A stretch of DNA of 63,873 nucleotides, filler included, from Basidiobolus ranarum (taxonomy: Eukaryota): the NCBI GenBank assembly GCA_040143965.1. It is 24 parts of 24 records of this genome, joined end to end, with 100 filler letters (N's around TTAATTAATTAA, not from the genome) between each part and the next. Parts side by side here need not be neighbours in the genome. Positions count along the whole stretch, not along the records: positions 24,050 to 26,618 come from JASJQH010010071.1; positions 26,719 to 29,286 come from JASJQH010010072.1; positions 29,387 to 31,953 come from JASJQH010010073.1; positions 32,054 to 34,618 come from JASJQH010010074.1; positions 34,719 to 37,281 come from JASJQH010010075.1; 19 more parts are not named here. The stretch is one strand, 5' to 3'. A program made the translations under genes and the position numbers. The notes under the pieces were generated by a model. That model made no database searches. It was not told the DNA's origin and worked only from the letters and a program-made list of their open reading frames with translations. Positions 24,050 through 35,695 of this stretch are shown piece after piece (within the stretch, counting starts at the first letter, position 1; each line of letters begins with the position of its first letter).

Positions 24050-26193
24050 GTTTACTAACTTCCTGCTCCTTCAATACTTCTTTAGCTGCTTTTCTTTCTT
24101 TTCCAAGTCAATAATTGCGTACATTTTTGAGATGTTTCATGAATAGGCCTATACTAGCCCAATTGCTATTTTCTTGCAAAAACCCAGGATAACCCACATG
24201 AAATAAGTCAAGAATCTTCAGAGTAACACCTGGTTTTTGGTTTTTCCAGAATTGACTCAAATCCAGGTGATTTTGGGCAAGATTCCACACAGTTTCCTAA
24301 ATGTTATATCACTCCTCATTGGAGCAAGTGATGGCAGCTCTAACATTCAGGGTGTTTTTGTTTTCTGGTTTTCCTATGAGATTTCTACTTTCATGTGCCC
24401 AAGCAATTTTGGGTTTTTGTGTAGGCTTAATAGTCCAGCACATATTCTGCTCTGCTAGATTGTCATGGTGACATTCATATGTATGGTGTGGGATTGATTG
24501 AAATCCCATATGACAAAGGACAGTAGGAGCAGCATGTTGCTGTAGCTCAAGTATGGCATTCTGAAGGTCTTGTATTATTGTCCACTAACTCTTTAACTGT
24601 TGACTAATTGCTTCCAAATGCTGCATTAATTGCAATATTGCGGCGTTATTGCTTGTTTATGGCCTGTATAGCAACTTCATAGTTTTTACTTATGATTGCA
24701 TACAAATCATTACAGTGTTTTGCCTGCAATTCCCTTGTTGTAATAATTCTATACAAATATTCTATGAAGGGTTGTTCAATAGTGGGCAAAGTAGCCATTT
24801 TGGAAGTTGATGGTCTTGATGGTGTTTTTGTTGAACTTTGCTCAACTACTGATTCACTATGTAAATGGGGGATGCAATCACTTCACTTGCAGTATTGCTG
24901 GAAAGGAACCCATCTGGTAAATTGATTAAGTCTTCATCATTAATTGAGTTAGTTTCCAGCATGTTTATGCCTTACAAAGTGGATAGTGGAGCACTAGACT
25001 GCTCATCAATTAAGTCCTCTGTTCTTGCTGGTTATTTTCCTTTCTTGCCAGCAGGCTTTGGCATGGAAGCGAATTTTGACTTCGATTTTTAAAACTTTTT
25101 GAATGGCATTGAAATTTTCAGATGGTAAACTTGGTGTAATAAATTTGCTTAGAAACAGCTTATTATAAACCAAATTTGCCATCCATTACCAGAAATATCT
25201 TATAAATCCCCTGATGACTCATCTGTGACACCATCTCAGAATCAGCAGATGATATTGATGGGCTATACCTAAAATACCACCCTTACATGGGAGGTGTTCA
25301 TTCTTCTACCAAATCCTTCTCCTGCCACAACACAAATGTTTAAAGAAGCCCTGCTATTATTGTCTCAAATTCTTATGCTATGAAAGCTGAAGGCTTCATA
25401 GAAAAAATAATCACAAGTGTGGTCACTGTACAAAGCCACCAGCTGCACAAAGCCTGGTATATAAGAACAGTAATAAGAGCACTAAATCAGCTTCAGTTTT
25501 GCCTATAGAGTCCACTGACTTTTGTTTGCCTCAAAGTTTTGGTAACACTGCCAAAAGTCCAGATACCATGGAGTTACCACAGTTATATGACCAGAATGAT
25601 GTAGGTCAAAATGCAACTTTGGTTGAACCAGTAAGTCCAGACAACTTTGAGGACTTAGTGTTAGATGTTGACCTAGGTTTTCCAGTACCAATGATAGTAT
25701 ATCAGAAGTTGAAGAAGAAGATAACGGTTTTGTTGTGGACTCTTTATTTTTGGTAAACATTAGTCCACTCATAACACTTACAGTAAAGGAAGCAGCTTTG
25801 ATTATTGAGGAGAGGAGAGTTCAATCCAATCTTAGAAACCAGGTGTTTATTGGTTTTCTTAGACTTTTACCACAGTTGATTGGCAACTGTTGCTTGCCAC
25901 AGACCTGGTACAAGGGGAAAGCACTTATCAATTGTATGACTTATAATCCTTCAGTAAGTAAACTGCCTTCATGTCCAAATGGTTGTTTGGCTTTCACCAG
26001 TGATCTGAAAAACCTGAAGTCTTGTACTGTTTGCACACAATTGGCAATAACCAAATCAGGTCAATATTGTGCATATTTGGCTTACATCCCATTAATTCCC
26101 TATCTTAAAGTTTTGATGAAATCACCCAAAGATAGATCATTATTCCAATACCAAAGTACTCACTGTAAGGCTGATGGTATTAACAATATACTT
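24050..26193. mobile_element. CACTA-like element centre: ORF2 on - (start ~25185) divergent from transposase on + (from ~25290)
   Basis: ORF2 starts MDGKFGYNKLFLSKFIT; the transposase has an N-terminal PCYYCxKFLC...HKCGHC; same layout at 40045-42156. Confidence 0.85.
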
Positions 26194-26618
26194 GTGTCAT
26201 GATTCTGATCTTGGCATACTGATCCATTACAAATAGAACTTCTCTATTATTAGATTATTACATCATATCTGCTGTGCCATCCCTTCTTGGCAATCTGGTG
26301 TCAGTTCATCCAGATTAACTTTTATGGAAATCATATTCTCTGGAACATTCCATGAAACCTAACCAATCATGTCATCCCAAACATAGTGTATTTCCTCCAA
26401 GACCTTCCATGGAAGGTCACTGGATCATCCTTACATCATCCTTACATCATTCCTCTTTGTATTGGTCCTTGTAGTCCCCAACACCCCAACTCTCAAACTT
26501 GCCACAGTATATTCCCTATTCAGTATATTATGTTTCACCTTGCAATATCTATATAAGCCCCATGTATTCCTTGATCAGACCTCAGTCTGATCAATGCCAG
26601 TTATCAATAAAGATTCTA
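26194..26618 (+). repeat. LTR family D (gypsy-like), partial
   Basis: TGTCATGATTCTGATCTTGGC...; full copy at 28092-28637, others at 32054-32361, 37080-37281 and ~55675-55904. Confidence 0.8.
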
Positions 26619-26718
26619 NNNNNNNNNNNNNNNNNNNNNNNNNNNNNNNNNNNNNNNNNNNNTTAATTAATTAANNNNNNNNNNNNNNNNNNNNNNNNNN
26701 NNNNNNNNNNNNNNNNNN

Positions 26719-28091
26719 AATTTCACTCCTGAAACTGAAAAAATTGATTAAAATCAAATCTAACTTGACAATTTTATGATGGTAAGTAAACGGTCAATCC
26801 CAAATGGATTAAAATTGTGACGGTTTTCCCACAATTACAATCCTCAAATTTCTGTTAGTGCAGGCAGAACACTGTAATGATTTGTATGCAATCATGAGTA
26901 AAAACTACAAAGTTGCTATACAGGCCATGACAAGCAATAATGCCGCAATTTTGCAATTAATGCAGTGTTTGGAAGCAACTAGTCAGCAGTTAGCGAGTCA
27001 CTCAACAATGTTACAAGACCTTCAGAATGCTGTACTTGAGCTACAGCAAGATGCTGCTCTCTCCATCCATTCTCATATGGGATTTCAATCAATCACACAC
27101 CATATATACAAATGTCACTGTGACAATGTAGCATAGCAGAATATGTGTTAGACCATTAAGCCTACATAATGACCTGGAATTGCTTGGGCACATGAAAGCA
27201 GAAATCTCATAGGAAAACCAGAAAACCAAAAGACTATGAATGTCACAGCTGCCATTACTTGCTCAGATGATAAGTGATTTAACATTTTGGAAACTGTACA
27301 GAATGTTGCCCAAAAATCACCTGGATTTGAGCCAATCATGGAAAAACCAAATTCAGGCATTACTCTGAAGGTTCTTGACTTATTTCATGTGGCTTATCCA
27401 GGGTTTTTGCAAACAAATAGCAATTGGGCTAGTATAGGCCTATTAATGAAACATATCAAAAATATAAGCAATTATTGACTTGGAGAAGAAAGAAAAGCAG
27501 CTAAAGAAGTACTCAAGAAGCCGGAAGTTAGTAAAGCCAAGGGAAAAGCAAAGGAGCCAGTGAGTTAAGGCCCTACTGTCCCACTTACCAAATTCCTCAC
27601 ATCATTACAAAGTTCTGCATTTCCAGAAACAGATATACTGGCAAAAAAGCTTAATTTCACCATGGAACCAGGTACACTAGTTGGAAGAGTGCTAAATTTG
27701 GAAGTTTATCCAACACCTGGCATCTCTCAACAAGCTAAAACACCAGAAAATAAAACTCTCAGCTCTTCAACCTCAACTGGTACTTTTCAAAGTGTATAAA
27801 TTAGCCCCAAACATAAAGGCAAGCAAAAAGCCACACAAATACCACAAAGCAACCTCAGTAGTGTCACACTACAAGGTTGTACAAAAATAGTCAAAGAGTT
27901 TGAGGAGTATTATCAAAAGTATGAGGGGAAAAATGCATTTCAAGTATGCAGAGTGTGGCTACAGAAGAAGAACATTCCACTTGATATTCAGTCTGGTGTT
28001 GACTGTGCAGATATCTGGGAAGAACTTACTACAGAGTGGCACAATATTGCAGGGTATCTGCCAGATAGTGTAAGAATGTTGATTCAGCAAC
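26719..28091 (+). mobile_element. CACTA-like left terminus (to ~26860) abutting ORF2 of another copy
   Basis: ...CCTCAAATTTCTGTTAGTG joined directly to LQAEHCNDLYAIMSKNY; ORF2 continues to IWEELTTEWHNIAGY. Confidence 0.85.
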
Positions 28092-28637
28092 TGTCACAAT
28101 AAGGAATGGGAAAAGGACTGGGAACAACAACAAGAGGCTAGAAGGCAGGAGAGTACTTGGGTGTAGACCACAAGACAAGACAAGACAAGACTGGACAAGG
28201 AAGATACTTTGGCAAGAATCTTTATTGATAACTGGTGTTGATCAGACTGAGGTCTGATCAAGGAATACATGGGGCTTATATAGATATTGCAAGATGAAAC
28301 ATAATATACTTAATAGGGAATATACTGTGGCAAGTTCTAGAGTTGGGGTGTTGGGGACTGCGAGGACCAATACAAAGAGGGATGATGTAAGGATGATGTA
28401 AGGATGATCAGGTGACCTTCCATGGAAGGTCTTGGCGGAAATACACTATGTGAGGGATGACATGATTGGTTAGGTTTCATGGAATGTTCCAAAGAACATG
28501 ACTTCCATATAAGGTAATCTGGATGCACTGACACCAGATTGCCGAGAAGGGATGGCACAGCAGATATGATGTCATAATCTAATAATAGAGGAGTTCTATT
28601 TGTAGTGGATCAGTATGCCAAGATCAGAATCATGACA
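28092..28637 (-). repeat. Complete LTR family D (546 bp)
   Basis: Inverted termini TGTCACAAT...ATCATGACA; multicopy in the window; no matching TSD. Confidence 0.8.
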
Positions 28638-28647
28638 GTTAGAACAT

Positions 28648-29038
28648 GGGGCTCATGACCTATTGGGAAAATATGGGCTGTTTGGAGGAACTTTAGAATA
28701 GTGGAGTTGTGAATAGCTTTGTGAGATGATTATTTATTGACAAGAAATAAAGCATTTATACATTTTGGTGGAAATACAGGAAACTAACACTGGGGTTGTG
28801 TTCAGAACATATGTGGGAGTAAAATGAGCTATCTTTGAGGTAATTTGGTCAAGTTTGAAATTTCCCATATGGATTTGCTAATTCTCACATTATTCACATA
28901 TATATATAATATATGTTCCAATTTGCAGTTAAGTGATATTTGACTAAGTAATGTTAACTAGCTTATATGTGATATATGAAATAGATAGGTGTATAAAGTT
29001 AGAGATAACAAATATGATAAAGACAATAAACTTCAACA
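28648..29038 (-). mobile_element. Copia 5' LTR family C (28661-29038, 378 bp) plus PBS
   Basis: Minus strand TGTTGAAG...CCCAATA followed immediately by GGTCATGAGCCCC (copia-type PBS). Confidence 0.88.
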
Positions 29039-30074
29039 AATCCAATGTGGCCAAATCTCTTATGCCATAAATTAATAGTTCCTTGATTGCAATAACTTGT
29101 ATTTACACATAAACCTCTTGGATGATATGAAACTTTGTGTAAGTTCTGATCCTTTTTTCACAAAGCTAAATAATTCCCATTTCGATCAGTGTTGGTGCCT
29201 CCTGACTTATCAAAATTCAATTTTAGCCATTCTGAGGAAGCCTTGCATACAGATATTAAATTCTTGGCAATATCTGGAACATATAGNNNNNNNNNNNNNN
29301 NNNNNNNNNNNNNNNNNNNNNNNNNNNNNNTTAATTAATTAANNNNNNNNNNNNNNNNNNNNNNNNNNNNNNNNNNNNNNNNNNNNTAATTCCCGGGATA
29401 AAATCAATATTTCAAGTATAACTAATATTGACATTCTCGAATGGAAAGAACCGGAATACAATTTGATACCGGAATAATCACCAGTGTTAGTAGGAAAATT
29501 AGATTGATCCACACCTCCTCTTGTGCAGTACATCTTTTACGTACTGATTCAGTGGTGTTCATCAACTCCCAAGTCTGATGAAACGATTGTCTTGTACAAA
29601 TAATAGATTACAAGTTTTCAGATGAATTTAATGATGAAGATGACCTAAAGTCGATGAATGCCGTCCAGTCATCACAAACATTAGCCAGTAACTTAGTAAT
29701 GTTTCAATAACACGATTAGTGTTTAAATTAGCGTATAATTCACTATGTTCAGTCATTCGTTGGGTAAATTTCCTAGTATTGGCGTCACTCTTTTCCGGTT
29801 CTAAAGTAAATCGTACTCCTCACATCGCATCAGTTGGTAAATAGATTAGAATTGTAAATATATATATATACACAAATAGTGCTTCCATTAATGTTTCAGT
29901 TCACTTGTATTAGTAAATCTTGAGTCTCTATCATAACAACACTGCGCCAACTACTTTGGTTTTAATGAAATAACATCGATGCATGCTCAAAGGAACTTGG
30001 CTCATTAAGATCCTATATAAAGACGCTTCTCCTGGCACTACCTGTAGTATGTCAATCTTTGACCAAGTCACATC

Positions 30075-30749
30075 ATGGCATCTACAATAACACACGATCC
30101 AATCATACTTCTTCCAGTAGAAGTCACCACCCGAATCCTGGGTCTACTAGATGCTACCGATCTTTGCAATGCATCGCTTGTTTCTCGCTCCTGGAAATAT
30201 GTGTGTGACGAGGAATGTTTGTGGATGAATCTATGCCAATCCGTCTGGGTAGATAAAAGAGGAATGTCACTAACTATTCAACCAAGAGCTGACTTCTCTG
30301 GGGATTGCGCTCATCGCCTTACATTACCCGAACTAAAGTTGATTCTATCGCTTCGTAAACAAGAAACTAATGGCAGCGAGGATAAGATTAAACTTGTCGA
30401 GTTAGTGCAGAAAACCACGCCCTGTCTTACTAAAGCAGTTGCTGACTTTCACTCAAAGTGGAAAGCCTGCTACGCTTTCGCGCAAGCTGACTATTCCCGA
30501 AAAGACATAACAATTGAGGATATATGTGGTGAATGGGTGTTGGAGGTTGGGAAAACCCAGAAATGTGACTTGATCGATGTTAGTTTTAACAGAGATTATA
30601 CCTATTACTCTGAGAATACTGGGATTCTGAAATGGAACTTTTATGGGAAACTTCTTCAAATAGAGGATTTCCCACCGTTAAGACCATCGCGTACCACTAA
30701 CTGGGGCTGGAAACTGTCATGCCCCTATTTCAACTTCTATACTAAATAG
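30075..30749 (+). CDS. F-box protein with SAP/HeH-like motif, 224 aa, intronless
   Basis: F-box LLPVEVTTRILGLLDATDLCNASLVSRSWKYVCDEECLW; LTLPELKLILSLRKQETNGSEDKIKLVELV; TATATAAA at 30014-30021. Confidence 0.88.
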   Translation: MASTITHDPIILLPVEVTTRILGLLDATDLCNASLVSRSWKYVCDEECLWMNLCQSVWVDKRGMSLTIQPRADFSGDCAHRLTLPELKLILSLRKQETNGSEDKIKLVELVQKTTPCLTKAVADFHSKWKACYAFAQADYSRKDITIEDICGEWVLEVGKTQKCDLIDVSFNRDYTYYSENTGILKWNFYGKLLQIEDFPPLRPSRTTNWGWKLSCPYFNFYTK

Positions 30750-31095
30750 TTGAGGTTTTTATTGCCTAATTCATCTCATACAACTCTGTAGATACACCTC
30801 AATGCTCTTTCGAATACTCTCATTTTTGACAACTACCTGCTCCTCAATATTTGTATGTCTAACATGTAATTTCATTTTTTCGTACTGACAATGGCTTATC
30901 TGTTTGTGAACGTTAGCTCTACATACCAATGAAAGCCACCCACTATTAAATAATATAATCCATTGAAATTCCCTCATTTTTGTTTGCTAGAAAGTTTATT
31001 CAAAAGTTATGGTTCTATTGTTATGCCCATCAGTATGTGTAAACTACAAAAATCATAAAAAACGGACTAATGGGTTCCGAAAAGAAAACTAGCTA

Positions 31096-31674
31096 TTACC
31101 AGAATTTGAACATATGATACCAGTTACATCCATGTCTTCCTTCTTTCCATTCCTCCAAGCAATATTGTCTGTTCTTGCTAAGAGCTAAACGGCCCCAAGT
31201 GGTAACAACTTGCTTCGAAGTAGTGTCAACAATAGTTAAGCTAGGGATGGAATAAACCTTGAGTTGGGTGCCTAAAGCTTTCTTAACTTTCTCATCTTCA
31301 AAAGGAACACTGAGCCAATTCTTGTCTTTAATGAATTCAGCCATCTCTTCTTTGGTTTTATCTAGATTCACATGCACAACTACAAAATCCTCTTTGTTTT
31401 CTTCGATAAACTCTGCTAAAATTGGTGAAAAGGCTTTGCTAGGAGAGCACCAACTAGCCGAAAAATAAACTCCAACAAGTTTTCCTTTCAAGACATGCGG
31501 TGAAACAGTTTTTTGCTCTCCATCAATAAGGCGTTTAATCTGATTAAGTAGTTGGCCCAAGTCCACCTTAGTAGTGGTGTTTTTGGATTTGTTTGAGCGA
31601 ACTTTAGTTAGTTCGTCGTTGAGAATCTGATCAGTCTTCGTTTGGCGAACTGGTTTTTTTGACTTTTTAACCAT
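31096..31674 (-). CDS. Nucleoredoxin/tryparedoxin-like thioredoxin-fold protein, 192 aa
   Basis: LKGKLVGVYFSASWCSPSKAFSPIL...VVHVNLD...WLSVPF...VYSIPSLTIVD; likely ATG at 31674. Confidence 0.9.
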   Translation of the reverse strand: MVKKSKKPVRQTKTDQILNDELTKVRSNKSKNTTTKVDLGQLLNQIKRLIDGEQKTVSPHVLKGKLVGVYFSASWCSPSKAFSPILAEFIEENKEDFVVVHVNLDKTKEEMAEFIKDKNWLSVPFEDEKVKKALGTQLKVYSIPSLTIVDTTSKQVVTTWGRLALSKNRQYCLEEWKEGRHGCNWYHMFKFW

Positions 31675-32361
31675 TCTAGAAAAGGTCACCACGATATGAA
31701 GCAACAATCATAGCTTGTTCATGATTTTATTCAAATCTGCAAAAGTTATACTCCTAAGTTGCTTAACTCTTTCCAATCCGAATTTATGGAGATTATGGTT
31801 CGTTATTGCTCCTCAATGCAGAACCACAATTATCCTTAAAAGATCACGTGATACCCCGCTAAGTTTCCCCAACAATTATTCGTGAAGGAAAACCCCATTT
31901 TCTTAGCATAGTTAAATTTTCTCTAATCAAAATTGGCAGCACTCACTCTGTCANNNNNNNNNNNNNNNNNNNNNNNNNNNNNNNNNNNNNNNNNNNNTTA
32001 ATTAATTAANNNNNNNNNNNNNNNNNNNNNNNNNNNNNNNNNNNNNNNNNNNNTAATATACTGTGGCAAGTTCAAGAGTTGGGGTGTTGGGGACTACAAG
32101 GACTAATACAAAGAGGGATGATGTAAGAATGATCAGGTGACCTTCCTTGGAAGGTCTTGGCAGAAATAAACTATGTGTGGGATGATATGATTGGTTAAGT
32201 TTCATGAAATGTTCCAAAGAACATGACTTCCATATAAGGTAATTTGGATGAACTAACACAAGATTGCCAAGAAGGGATGGCACAGTAGATATGATGTCAT
32301 AATCTAATTATAGAAGAGTTCTGTTTGCAGTGGATCAGTATGCCAAGATCAGAATTATGAC

Positions 32362-34245
32362 TTCTTTGGCCAAACCAGTATGCCCTGACAACTTTGAGGA
32401 CATGCTGCTAGATGTTGACCATGGTTGTTGCAGTACTGATAGTAGCATATCAAATGTTGAAGAAGAAAACAATGTTTTGTTATTTACTCTTTGTTATTGG
32501 CAAGCATTAGTCCACTCATAATACTTACAATAAAGGAAGCAGCTTTGATTATTGAGGAGTGGAGAGTTCAATCCAATCTTAGCAACCAGGTGTTTATTGG
32601 TTTTTTACACTTTTACCAAAGTTGAATTGGATACTGTTGCTTGCCACAGACCTGGTACAAGTGGAAAGCACTTGTCAGTTGTATCACTTATAATCCTTCA
32701 GTAATTAAGCTACCATCATATCCAAATGGTTGTTTAGCTTTCACTTGTGATCCAAAAAACCTGAGTCATGTACTGTTTGCACACAATTGGCAATCACTGA
32801 ATCAGGTAAAGATTGTTCCTATTTGTCTTACATACTGTTGATTTCCCATATTAAAGTTTTGATGAAATTACCCAAATATATATCATTGATCCAATACTAA
32901 AGTACTCACCATAAAGCTGATTGTATTGCCAATATACTTGATGGATATCTCTACCAAAATCTGAAAAATCAAGGTTTCTTTGAGAACATGTATGATCATG
33001 CATTTATGTTGGCTCTGGATGGTTTCTTACTCAACAATTTACCAATGGAAAGGCTTGCAGGACTATAGTTTTAATTACTTAAATCTTCTTTCTTGTGAAT
33101 AGTATGAGAGTCATAATATTTAGATACTATCTATCATATCTGGGCCTCATTTGTCAGTGCTTACAGATAGGTTCTTGGAGCCTTTGATTGCCAAATTTAA
33201 ATGGCTATCTGAAGGGGTTCAGATGGGTCAATATCTTATTAAAGCTAATATCATTGTATGTATTGGGGATACTCCTGCAATCAGGTTTTGCTGGCACAAT
33301 GCACTATCTTGCTGTAGATTTGGTCAAATCAAATAAGTTTATTCTATCAGGTATATGCCTACTACTATCCAAATTTAAACTAAACTCCATGATTTTACCA
33401 TCAAGAGTCTGGTCAGATTTCCACATGATCACTAATATTAATTCACCAAATAGTCAGTCTAGCATCAAACTTGGCATTAGCAGTCAACCTATTATATTGC
33501 TAAAAGGGATCAGTTGGAGCCAAAGTTTTTCATTAGGCACCATGTACTTACTATTCAAAAACATTCAAATATTACTTTCTCAGCTATATAGTGGATAATT
33601 TAACATGCAAGATATCATTATATTTTACCAGGACTCCCGTCAGTATCCACTTGTCTAGGCATTGATTCAAATCAAAGACTGGAGTATTGGATTCATGTAT
33701 GTTCAAATGGAATCTTGAAAAGCTTGCTGCCTGAGAAGTATTACTACACTGGGAGTTATTTGTGGATTTTGTTAATATATTCTTATAGCATCAACTCACA
33801 TTGGCAGATCTCAGGCAGATACAGCAACTCTGTGAAGATTTTGTAGTTGGATATGAAAAACTTTATTACAGGTTTAAAGAAGATAGACTGAATCTATTCC
33901 ACTATTCAATACATTCACTGCTGTATCTTTCACAACCCTTACAGATTATAGGCCCTTGGTAAGCTTTGTGGGAGTTCTCAATAGAGTGTATCTGTGGTGA
34001 AATGATGCTCTGTGTGAAATTGTCAGTATTACCATATGCTAATCTGATTAACAATCTATCAGCAAAATCAGTGATGGATGTAATGTGATTGGTTAAGGAG
34101 ACTCCAGATTATATTAACCTTCCAACAAAGAGCTCTTTTCAAAGTGTTCATGGGCTTTTGCATAGTTTGGACGCAACAATAGCAATAAAACCAATCCATG
34201 AACAAAGTGTAAGTACTTCTACAATTTGGATTAATTTGTTTTTGT
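32362..34245 (+). mobile_element. Decayed CACTA-like transposase
   Basis: CIGDTPAIR, SFSLGTMYLLFKN and a DUF4218-like tail; many stops. Confidence 0.85.
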
Positions 34246-34618
34246 GAAGATCTGATGGTATTTCTAAGAAAGATGCAGACAGACTATATGCATTTCTTAC
34301 TTATGGATCAAATTTAGCCCAATTTTTGGTCATAATATTGTCATAAGCAACATATCCAATGATTCCCAAATGTTTTACATCAGGTTTAACCCCAAACCAA
34401 GCTTGATATGGTGTAGAGTTAGACAGACTTCTAGTAAAACTCATATTCTTCAAATATAAAGCTGTAGCAACAGATTTCAGCCAAATGTTATGAGATAAAT
34501 TTTGTGCTTTTATCATAGATTTTGCCATTTCTATTACAGTTCTGTTAGCTCTTTCAGCAACCCCATTTTGTTGAGGTGAATAGAGGGCAGTAGTTTCTTG
34601 CTTAATTCCATCAACTTT
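34246..34618 (-). mobile_element. Ty1/copia integrase fragment
   Basis: TTALYSPQQNGVAERANRTVIEMAKSM...ATALYLKN...TPYQAWFGVKPDVKHL. Confidence 0.9.
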
Positions 34619-34751
34619 NNNNNNNNNNNNNNNNNNNNNNNNNNNNNNNNNNNNNNNNNNNNTTAATTAATTAANNNNNNNNNNNNNNNNNNNNNNNNNN
34701 NNNNNNNNNNNNNNNNNNGTTTTCAATGATCTTGCGATACCATTAGTTGGG

Positions 34752-34829
34752 ATGATTCACTATTCTTATGATTCACTATTCTTATGATTCACTATTCTTA
34801 TGATTCACTATTCTTATGATTCACTATTC
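34752..34829. repeat. 16-bp minisatellite (ATGATTCACTATTCTT) x ~4.9
   Basis: Perfect tandem copies read directly from the sequence. Confidence 0.97.
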
Positions 34830-35262
34830 CGACAGCATGCTTAATTTTTAAAATTCTCTCCATATATAGACTGCATAATATATATATGGCCTATTAAACG
34901 AAAATTTGAAGAGTGTTATCTGATCAATTCTTGTTGACCGAGATTATTATCTTGTAAAAGTATTGTCCGATTGAATAAGTGTAGCAAAAGAGAGAATACT
35001 TGAAAGGTATATGGTACAGCATAGTCATGGGGTGTGACCATTAGCATAGCTTTATTTGAATCTGCATTAAAAAACTGTGTTTAGAAAAAGTTAAGAGCAC
35101 TGCAGTGACACCGCAGATTAGCACCTTGTTATAGAATAATATCAGTCCACCATATTGTCTAAGCGAGTAAAGTACTTTGAAGAAGCAAGAGCATGGTGCC
35201 TGTAATGACTATAAATGAGAAAAAATTCTATTGAAACTGTATCCAAACAATTCGGTTTCATC

Positions 35263-35695
35263 ATGTCTTCAAAGGTCCTCTGTCTTCTTCTTTCTGTCTT
35301 GGGTGCCATGAGCGTCATTGATGCTGCCCCTGCCAACTGCTACAACATTCCTTCTGCTGGTGGTTGTATCGACGGATGTAATATGGTAGGTAGACAATTT
35401 TCCTGAATGCGTTGAAAACTTGTATTAACATGTAAACATTACTTTATCACGCTAATAGCAAGCAGGTATCCAATTGTTGGACGATTACAGCAGTGAACTT
35501 ACCAGTCCTTTCTTCGTGAAATCCTTGGCTCTACAGTGTGATCGCGCCAACCCTAACTTCATCGCATTCATGACCAGTGCCGGAATTTGTATGGTTGACT
35601 GCCCTATTCCTCAACAGAGTGCTTACAATAGCACCTATAGAGCTTCATGCAGCTGGTACAAGACCAACAAGAATGGATCTACTGGATGTAACTAA
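35263..35695 (+). CDS. Small secreted Cys-rich protein, 119 aa (exons 35263-35385 and 35459-35695)
   Basis: Signal peptide MSSKVLCLLLSVLGAMSVIDA; a GTAGGT...TAG intron keeps the frame; TATAAA at 35210; Cys pattern shared with 61319-61793. Confidence 0.88.

Noticed and set aside
28337-28558. Recurrent ORF MPSLLGNLV... (also 32002 and 55753)
   Set aside because: Lies within LTR family D; recurrence reflects the repeat, and it has no true ATG start.
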